In this document: positions 57,415 to 64,000 of the stretch, piece after piece | Layout of the letters: each line of letters opens with the position of its first letter | How positions within the stretch are numbered: the stretch's first letter is position 1 | Source: Dehalococcoidia bacterium | GTDB lineage: Bacteria; Chloroflexota; Dehalococcoidia; SM23-28-2; RBG-16-64-32 | Direction: 5' to 3' | Assembly: GCA_035512435.1 (NCBI GenBank) | Contig: DATKDX010000047.1 | Span: 4,674 to 68,673, forward strand | Length of the DNA: 64,000 bases | Notes under the pieces: generated by a model | The model's input: the letters and a program-made list of their open reading frames with translations, nothing else | What the model was told of the DNA's origin: nothing | Databases searched by the model: none | Translations under genes and position numbers: made by a program

Positions 57415-58856
57415 CGCACGTAGCAGAGCGGACGATTCCGCAGCGCGTGCACCTGATCGGCGTTGGCGGCATCCACATGTCGGGTATTGCGCAGATATTG
57501 CGCGACCGTGGACATACCGTTTCTGGCTCAGATATCTACCTGACACCGCTAACTCGCAAGCTAGAGAAGATGGGAGTTACGGTGCATGAAGGGCATGCCG
57601 GCGGGAACATCGACGACGCTGAGCTTGTCGTGTATACGTCGGCGGCACACGCGGACAACCCTGAACTGCTGGAAGCCCAACGGCGCGGCATCGAGGCGAT
57701 CAAGCGCGCCGAAATGGTTGCCGTGCTTCAGCAGGGCAAGCAGGTGATCGCCGTGGCGGGCGCCCACGGCAAGACGACGACATCGTCACTTATCGCGTTC
57801 ATGCTTCATAAGGCTGGGCTTTCGCCGACGATCATGCTGGGTGGCGAAGCGCGCGACCTGGGCAGCAATGCCCTGCCCGGCGAAGGACCGCACTTCGTGG
57901 TCGAGGCGGACGAATACGACCGCGCATTTTTGAACTACCACTCGCACATCGCGGTGGTCACCAACGTGGAGCCAGATCATTTGGACATCTACGGCTCCTT
58001 CGAGGAGTTGCAGCGTGCGTACGCGCAGTTCCTCGCTCAAGTAGACATTTCCGGTTTTATTGTGGCCTGCTTGGATTCCCCCCCCTTGCAGGCTTGCCTG
58101 TCCCAGCGACAGGCGTTCCTTCCCCGGACTGTAGGAGGTGACGTGACTTACCCCGTCCACGTCACCTCCTACAGTCACCTCTCGCCAGAGGCTGACTGGT
58201 ATGCGGAGATCGTGAGTCCACAAGATGAAGCGTCAAAGGGTATAGACGGTTCAACATTTGTGGTACGATTTCAAAAACAACTCTGGGGGGAGTTTGTGAC
58301 ACGGCTACCAGGTGCACACAACGTGAGCAACAGCCTCGCCGCTATCGCGGTAGGCGAGATCGTCGGGGTCCCCAAGGACACCGTTCGTGAGGCCATCGCC
58401 GAATTCAAGGGCGCCGCGCGGCGTTTCGAATTCGTCGGCGAGGCAGCCGCCGTGATCGTCATGGACGACTATGCTCATCACCCGACCGAGATCCGCGCCT
58501 CCCTGGCGGCGGCACGCACCCGCTTCCCCGGCCGGCGCATCGTAGTGCTCTTCCAGCCGCACACGTACACCCGCACGGCATACCTGCTGGACGAGTTCCG
58601 CGACTGCTTCGCGGACTGTGACGCGCTCTTCATCGCCGACACTTATGCGGCCCGCGAAGACCCGTCGGAGGGCATGGACGCAAAGGCACTCACCGGGGAG
58701 ATCACAACTCCGAAGGCCGTCTGCGCCGGCCCGGTCTCCGAGGCCGCGGCCCTCGTGGCAGACGAGCTGCGTGAGGGCGACGTCTTCTTCACGGTAGGCG
58801 CGGGCGACGTCGACAAGGCCGGCCCGCTGGTCCTGAAAGCGCTGGAGGCCCGATGA
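57399..58856 (+). CDS. murC: UDP-N-acetylmuramate--L-alanine ligase MurC
   Basis: VHLIGVGGIHMSGIAQIL, AVAGAHGKTTTSSL, DDYAHHPTE. Confidence 0.9.
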   Translation: MDQPMTHVAERTIPQRVHLIGVGGIHMSGIAQILRDRGHTVSGSDIYLTPLTRKLEKMGVTVHEGHAGGNIDDAELVVYTSAAHADNPELLEAQRRGIEAIKRAEMVAVLQQGKQVIAVAGAHGKTTTSSLIAFMLHKAGLSPTIMLGGEARDLGSNALPGEGPHFVVEADEYDRAFLNYHSHIAVVTNVEPDHLDIYGSFEELQRAYAQFLAQVDISGFIVACLDSPPLQACLSQRQAFLPRTVGGDVTYPVHVTSYSHLSPEADWYAEIVSPQDEASKGIDGSTFVVRFQKQLWGEFVTRLPGAHNVSNSLAAIAVGEIVGVPKDTVREAIAEFKGAARRFEFVGEAAAVIVMDDYAHHPTEIRASLAAARTRFPGRRIVVLFQPHTYTRTAYLLDEFRDCFADCDALFIADTYAAREDPSEGMDAKALTGEITTPKAVCAGPVSEAAALVADELREGDVFFTVGAGDVDKAGPLVLKALEAR

Positions 58857-59767
58857 GCGACGACCTGATTGCCGAACTGGGGCAGATCGCGGAAGTCAGG
58901 CTGGACGAGCCGATGTCGCGTCACACGACGTTCGGCGTGGGCGGCCCGGCGGACATGTACGTCACCGTGAAGACCGAGGACGAGCTTCGTCAGGCTTTCG
59001 CTGTGGCGCGCCGGCACGGCGTGCCGGTGTACATTCTGGGATCAGGGTCAAATACGCTGGTCGGCGATAAAGGCATCCGCGGACTGGTGATCGACAACCA
59101 GTACGCGCAGCTTGAGGGGCCTGTTCAGAACGGCGTCGGCCTGAAGGTGCGGGCTGCGAGCGGCCTCAGCTTCTCGACGCTCGCCCGGCGGCTGGCGAGT
59201 TCAGGCTACGGAGGAGTTGAGTGGGCGTGCGGGATCCCCGGCACGCTAGGCGGCGCCGTCGTGTCTAACGCGGGGGCCTACGGCCGCTCACTCGCTGACG
59301 TGCTCGTCGGCGCGCGGCTGACCGATGAGAAGGGGGACATCCGTGAGATGAAGCCGGATGACTTCGCGCTGGGCTACCGGCAGAGCTCTACCGAAGTGTT
59401 GCGCGATGCGGCGGTCCTTTCCGTCGACATTCGCGTCGTTGAAGGCGATCCTGAGGCGCTGAAGGCGCGCATCAAGGAGTTCGACCAGCAGCGCAAGGAC
59501 GCGCAGCCGCCGGGCCAGAACTGCGGCTCCGTGTTCAAGAACCCTGAAGGGAAGTCCGCCTGGCAGTATGTCGACGAGGTGGGCCTGAGGGGCCATCGCA
59601 TTGGCAATGCGCGCTTCTCTGAGAAGCACACGAATTTCATCGAGAACATGGGCGGCGCCACGGCGAACGACGTCCGGGCGCTGATCAACCTCGCGCAAGA
59701 ACGCATCCGTGAGCGCGTCGGCGTCGATATGGAGCGAGAAGTGGCTTTCGTGGGAGAGTTCGAATGA
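58853..59767 (+). CDS. murB: UDP-N-acetylenolpyruvoylglucosamine reductase MurB
   Basis: FAD-binding GVGGPAD...ILGSGSN, C-terminal GSVFKNP. Confidence 0.9.
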   Translation: MSDDLIAELGQIAEVRLDEPMSRHTTFGVGGPADMYVTVKTEDELRQAFAVARRHGVPVYILGSGSNTLVGDKGIRGLVIDNQYAQLEGPVQNGVGLKVRAASGLSFSTLARRLASSGYGGVEWACGIPGTLGGAVVSNAGAYGRSLADVLVGARLTDEKGDIREMKPDDFALGYRQSSTEVLRDAAVLSVDIRVVEGDPEALKARIKEFDQQRKDAQPPGQNCGSVFKNPEGKSAWQYVDEVGLRGHRIGNARFSEKHTNFIENMGGATANDVRALINLAQERIRERVGVDMEREVAFVGEFE

Positions 59768-60840
59768 CGCCGCGCAGCCGGAAACTCAAAGTAGGCATCT
59801 TGTTCGGCGGCCGGTCTGTCGAGCACGAGGTGTCAGTTGTTTCCGCACAGGGTGTGATGGCGGCACTGGACGCGGACCGCTTCAAGGCAGTGCCCATCGG
59901 GGTAACACGCCAGGGCACATGGCTGACCACGGCTCAGACGGAGCAGGCGCTGGACCGCATCCGATCGGAACGGCTGCGGTCGCTGGATGAGCCGCTGGGC
60001 GACGGATTGCTATATCGAGTAGCGGCGCTGGCCTCCCTTCGGCGGCTGGACATCGTATTCCCGCTGATCCACGGCACAAACGGCGAAGACGGCACCCTGC
60101 AGGGCTTCCTGGAGATGGCCGGCGTGCCTTACGTGGGTGCGGGACTGGCCGCGTCCGCCCTGGGAATGGACAAGGCCCTTCAGAAGACGTTCTTCCGGCA
60201 CCACGACTTCCCTGTTGTCAACGACGTCGAAGTCAGGACGAGCGATTGGAAGCGTGACCGCGAGGGAGTGCTGCGTGCGGCCGAGGCGACGATAGGGTAT
60301 CCGGCGTTCGTGAAGCCTGCCAACGGTGGCTCAAGCATCGGCACGTCGAAGGCGCGTTCGGGTGAGGACCTCGACACAGCCATCGCTGAGGCGTTCCGCT
60401 ACGACCGCAAGATTCTAGTTGAACAGGCCGTTGACGCGCGCGAGATTGAAGTCGCCGTGCTGGGGAACGATGAGCCCGAGGCCTCGCCCTGTGGGGAGAT
60501 CACGTTCGACGCGGAGTTCTACGACTACCGCGCTAAGTACGACGACCCGCGCACGCAGCTGCACATCCCTGCGGACATTTCGGAGTCACTCGCGGAACGA
60601 CTGCGTGAGACGGCGATAGAGGCGTACAAATCGATCGATTGCGCCGGGCTGGCGCGCGTCGACTTTTTCGTGCAGACGGACGGCACGTACTTCATCAACG
60701 AAGTGAACACGATACCGGGCTTCACGCCCATGAGCATGTACCCGAAGCTCTGGGAGAATGCCGGACTCTCGTATCGCGACCTGATAACGCGCCTGATCGA
60801 GCTGGGGCTTGAGCGCCACCAGGAGAAGCCAGGTGCCTGA
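59764..60840 (+). CDS. ddl: D-alanine--D-alanine ligase
   Basis: KVGILFGGRSVEHEVS, FPLIHGTNGEDGTLQGFLE, ATP-grasp EVNTIPGFT. Confidence 0.9.
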   Translation: MTPRSRKLKVGILFGGRSVEHEVSVVSAQGVMAALDADRFKAVPIGVTRQGTWLTTAQTEQALDRIRSERLRSLDEPLGDGLLYRVAALASLRRLDIVFPLIHGTNGEDGTLQGFLEMAGVPYVGAGLAASALGMDKALQKTFFRHHDFPVVNDVEVRTSDWKRDREGVLRAAEATIGYPAFVKPANGGSSIGTSKARSGEDLDTAIAEAFRYDRKILVEQAVDAREIEVAVLGNDEPEASPCGEITFDAEFYDYRAKYDDPRTQLHIPADISESLAERLRETAIEAYKSIDCAGLARVDFFVQTDGTYFINEVNTIPGFTPMSMYPKLWENAGLSYRDLITRLIELGLERHQEKPGA

Positions 60841-61639
60841 CCGCTCGCGTCCGGTCGGCACGCCGTTCTCCCGCCACAAATCATCGCGGCGCGTGCGGGG
60901 AGAGGTATTGCTGGACGACCGCACAAAGCGGCGGCTGTCGCGGATTCGCTGGCGGCGAATCGGCCTTGGACTGATGCTTACCGCGTTCGCCGCGGGGGCG
61001 ATCACACTGTACGTCTCGCCGGTTGCAAGGGTACACAACGTGGAAGTGACGGGCGCGAATGGTCTCAGCACGGCGGAGATTGAAGACCTGGCCGGCCTCG
61101 AAGGCGAGTCGCTGCTGACGATGAACGGACAGGCAGCGGCTGAGCGTATCCGAGCGCTGCCGATGGTCAAGGACGTGGCGATCACGCGCAGCTGGCCGCA
61201 GACGGTGCGCATCTCAATCGTCGAGAGGACGGCGTGGGCGGTCTGGCAGGTGGGTGCCGCGTCGTACGTCGTCGACGACACCGGAGTTATCTTGCCTCTG
61301 CAGGCGCCGCCCGAGGGCTTGCCGACGATCGTAGTGGCCGGAGCGGAGGGAGGCCTCGAGCCGGGCGACATCGTCGATCCGGACGCGGTCGCGCTGACCC
61401 GGCTGCTGCGGGAGCAAGTGCCGGCACAGCTGGCGCTTAACGTAGGAACGTTCGAATGGTCGGCCCAGAGCGGCCTCACGCTGACAACCGACGCTGGGTA
61501 CCGAGTGGTCCTTGGTGACAGCCAAAACATGGAGTATAAGCTCGCCGTTTGGCGACAGGTCGAAGGCCAACTGGGAAGGGAGAGCATGTCCGGACACGTC
61601 CTGGACCTGCGATTCGGGGACCGGCCGTCATTCCAGTGA
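60809..61639 (+). CDS. ftsQ: Cell division protein FtsQ/DivIB (TM + POTRA)
   Basis: Basic N-terminus, TM IGLGLMLTAFAAGAITLYV, POTRA-like VHNVEVTGANGLSTAEIEDL. Start may be the in-frame GTG at 60833 (less overlap with ddl). Confidence 0.75.
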   Translation: MSATRRSQVPDRSRPVGTPFSRHKSSRRVRGEVLLDDRTKRRLSRIRWRRIGLGLMLTAFAAGAITLYVSPVARVHNVEVTGANGLSTAEIEDLAGLEGESLLTMNGQAAAERIRALPMVKDVAITRSWPQTVRISIVERTAWAVWQVGAASYVVDDTGVILPLQAPPEGLPTIVVAGAEGGLEPGDIVDPDAVALTRLLREQVPAQLALNVGTFEWSAQSGLTLTTDAGYRVVLGDSQNMEYKLAVWRQVEGQLGRESMSGHVLDLRFGDRPSFQ

Positions 61640-61657
61640 CGGCAGGGAGGTGATGCT

Positions 61658-62920
61658 GTGAAAGACAACGTACTGGCGGCAATAGACGTAGGGAGCAGCA
61701 AGATCTGCACCCTCGTCGCCGAGCCGATGCCCAACGGCGACGTGCGCGTTCTGGGCGTCGGGATCACGCCCTCGTCAGGCGTGAAGAAGGGCATGGTGGA
61801 CAACATCCAGGAAGCGACCGCGGCGATTGCCACGTCGGTGGAACGCGCGGAGAAGTCTTCCGGGACGCGAATAATTTCAGGTTACGTGAGCATCAGCGGA
61901 AATCACACGACTTCGCTGAACAACCGCGGCATATCGACGATCCCCGGCCGCCAGCGTCCGATCACGGATGAAGACATTGACCGCGCGCTGGAAGGCGCCC
62001 GCTCGCTGAGCCTGCCGACCAACCGCGAGGTGCTGCACAGCATCGCGCGCTACTTCATCGTCGATGGGCAGGAGCAGGTGACGGACCCAGTCGGCATGTA
62101 CGGTGGGCGGCTGGATATGGACACGCACATCGTGACCGGGTCCGTGACGGCGATCCAGAACCTGACGCAATGCGTGGAGGGGGCAGGCGTACAGGTGGAG
62201 ATGCTGGTCTTCGCGCCGCTGGCGGCCGGCGAGGCTGTGCTGGAGGTAGAGGAGAAGGAACAGGGCGTGATCCTGGCCGATATCGGTGGAGGCACGACAG
62301 ACATCGCTGTCTACGTGGACGGCAGCGTCTTCCACACGACGGTGCTGCCGATCGGCGGCTATCACCTGACACATGACCTGGTGGCGGGCCTGCGGGCGCC
62401 ATTCAGTCATGTCGAGGACCTGAAGCTGGAGCACGGTGCCTGCATGCCGAGCCTGATCGACGCCGACGAGATGGTGGAGATCGAGGCATTCGGCGGTCAG
62501 CGGACGAAGGAGGTGCCTCGCCGCCTTATCGCGGAGATACTGCAGGCCCGCTGCGAAGAGATGCTAGAGATGATCTACGCCGACGTGAAGCGAGCGGGCT
62601 TCGACGACCTGGTTTCCGCCGGCGCCGTCCTTACGGGCGGCACCGCGGCGTTACCGGGCCTGGTGGAGCTTTCGGAGGCGGTGCTGCGAATGCCAGTGCG
62701 CGTCGGCATACCAAGGGGTGTGCAGGGGCTGTCGGATTCGCTGAACGGCCCGGCGTATGCGACGAGCATCGGCTTGCTGCGCTGGGCTATCGAAGAGGAA
62801 GCGCCTCTAACGCACAACGGGAACGGCAACGGTCACCACGCGCCGGCGCTGAGGTTGCCCGCGATGGACGGTGTGATGGGCGCCGCCGGCAAGTGGCTAA
62901 AAACGCTAATACCCAAGTAA
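61658..62920 (+). CDS. ftsA: Cell division protein FtsA
   Basis: GTG start 8 nt after [21 protein letters not shown] actin-fold phosphate-1, [12 protein letters not shown] phosphate-2. Confidence 0.9.
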   Translation: MKDNVLAAIDVGSSKICTLVAEPMPNGDVRVLGVGITPSSGVKKGMVDNIQEATAAIATSVERAEKSSGTRIISGYVSISGNHTTSLNNRGISTIPGRQRPITDEDIDRALEGARSLSLPTNREVLHSIARYFIVDGQEQVTDPVGMYGGRLDMDTHIVTGSVTAIQNLTQCVEGAGVQVEMLVFAPLAAGEAVLEVEEKEQGVILADIGGGTTDIAVYVDGSVFHTTVLPIGGYHLTHDLVAGLRAPFSHVEDLKLEHGACMPSLIDADEMVEIEAFGGQRTKEVPRRLIAEILQARCEEMLEMIYADVKRAGFDDLVSAGAVLTGGTAALPGLVELSEAVLRMPVRVGIPRGVQGLSDSLNGPAYATSIGLLRWAIEEEAPLTHNGNGNGHHAPALRLPAMDGVMGAAGKWLKTLIPK

Positions 62921-62949
62921 CGGAAGGCAATCGGGGAAAGGAGCAAGGC

Positions 62950-64000
62950 ATGATGGACTACAGGGACAGATACGACCTGGACGGCCTGCCGCCAATCAAG
63001 GTCGTGGGCGTGGGAGGCGGCGGCTGCAACGCCGTCAACCGCATGATCGAGGCGCGCATCACGGGCATAGACTTCGTGGGCGTCAACACGGACCAGCAGG
63101 CGCTGGCCCGCAGCGAAGCGCCCCAGCAGCTGCGCATCGGCAACCTGGTGACAAAGGGCCTCGGCGCGGGCAGCGACCCCGAAAAGGGCCGCGAGGCCGC
63201 CGAAGAGTCCCGCGACGAGATCAAAGAAGTTCTCGCCGGCGCCGAGATGGTCTTCATCACGGCAGGGATGGGCGGCGGCACCGGCACCGGCGCTGCGCCC
63301 GTCGTCGCGCAGGTGGCACAGACCATCGGCGCGCTGACCGTCGCCGTCGTCACGCGGCCGTTCGCTTTCGAAGGTGCCAAGCGACGGGACGCCGCGGAGC
63401 GCGGAATCGAGGCGCTGCAGCAGGAAGTGGACACGTTGATCACTATCCCGAACGACCGCCTGCTCGCCGTGTGCGACCAGAAAGCGACGATGGCCGAGGC
63501 CTTCTGCATGGCGGACGACGTCCTGCGGCAGGGCATCCAGGGGATCTCTGAGCTGATCACCGTACCCGGCGACATCAACCTGGACTTTGCGGACGTGCGG
63601 CGCATCATGCAGAATGCAGGGCCGGCGCTGATGGCTATCGGCCAGGCGCCGGGCGAGAACCGCGCCGTTGAAGCGGCGCAGGCGGCGATCCAGAGCCCGC
63701 TTCTGGACGTCAACATCCACGGCGCGACGGGCGTTCTCTTTAACGTCGCCAGCTCTGGCACGATGGGCCTTCACGAGCTGAACATGGCTGCGCAGGTCAT
63801 CGCAGAAGTCGTGGACCCGCAAGCTGAAATCATCTTCGGTTCCTCCACCGATGAGTCGCTCGGTGAGGACGTTAAGATCACGCTGATCGCCGTTGGATTC
63901 GAGCGCGTGCGCAGCCGCCGCGAGCCCGAATTCGAGGACGAGGAGTACCGGCGCCTTCGCGACGAGGCGCTGGAGAACAGGGACGACACCGACCTGCCTA
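62950..64000 (+). CDS. ftsZ: Cell division GTPase FtsZ (3' end beyond window)
   Basis: [17 protein letters not shown], tubulin signature [14 protein letters not shown]7 loop NLDFADV. ORF is still open at 64000. Confidence 0.9.
   Translation, partial: MMDYRDRYDLDGLPPIKVVGVGGGGCNAVNRMIEARITGIDFVGVNTDQQALARSEAPQQLRIGNLVTKGLGAGSDPEKGREAAEESRDEIKEVLAGAEMVFITAGMGGGTGTGAAPVVAQVAQTIGALTVAVVTRPFAFEGAKRRDAAERGIEALQQEVDTLITIPNDRLLAVCDQKATMAEAFCMADDVLRQGIQGISELITVPGDINLDFADVRRIMQNAGPALMAIGQAPGENRAVEAAQAAIQSPLLDVNIHGATGVLFNVASSGTMGLHELNMAAQVIAEVVDPQAEIIFGSSTDESLGEDVKITLIAVGFERVRSRREPEFEDEEYRRLRDEALENRDDTDLP

Overview
This is a high-GC (roughly 60-65% by eye) bacterial chromosomal window, and it falls into three blocks. 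(1) Positions 1-16.2 kb and 32.2-36.7 kb hold an accessory cell-surface cluster. It contains dockerin-like proteins: the 3' end of a truncated gene, and a 1535-aa giant with ten DUF11-like 'HNNGP' repeats, an internal cohesin-like domain, thrombospondin type-3 (TSP3) Ca-binding repeats and a C-terminal dockerin pair. It contains four tandem genes for small cohesin-like proteins with a signal peptide and a C-terminal membrane anchor; one of them carries an LPRTG sortase motif. It contains two paralogous TSP3-repeat surface proteins flanking an OmpR-type two-component system. And it contains two tandem CSLREA/parallel-beta-helix proteins that carry a second, Cys-containing dockerin-like pair. 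Together these look like a non-canonical cohesin-dockerin surface display system, and this is the most interesting thing in the window. (2) Positions 16-47 kb hold mixed housekeeping and accessory genes. Identified products are a metallophosphoesterase lipoprotein, a DinB-like protein, a tandem pair of hypothetical paralogs, a nitroreductase, an ECF sigma factor, gap, ffh, rpsP-KH-rimM, tRNA-Ala(CGC), tRNA-Arg(CCU), an SDR oxidoreductase, an MFS transporter, an amidohydrolase, a GYD protein, an NHEJ pair (ATP-dependent ligase plus LigD-type polymerase domain, 3' ends overlapping), priA, rplS, trmD and mogA. An IS1595-family element at 21.3-23.6 kb has an 18-bp terminal inverted repeat, an 8-bp TSD, a frameshifted transposase and a DUF3800 passenger gene. 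There are several unusual duplications: the rplS 3' end, a duplicated mogA leader with a uORF, and a 120-bp tandem repeat. (3) Positions 47.6-64 kb hold a complete dcw cell-division/cell-wall cluster (mraZ-rsmH-ftsL-ftsI-murF-mraY-murD-ftsW-murG-murC-murB-ddl-ftsQ-ftsA-ftsZ) with no murE. Ribosomal proteins S16 and L19 both carry long acidic Ala/Glu/Pro-rich C-terminal tails. No CRISPR array and no rRNA gene were seen. All domain calls were made by eye from motifs in the ORF translations; no database was searched.
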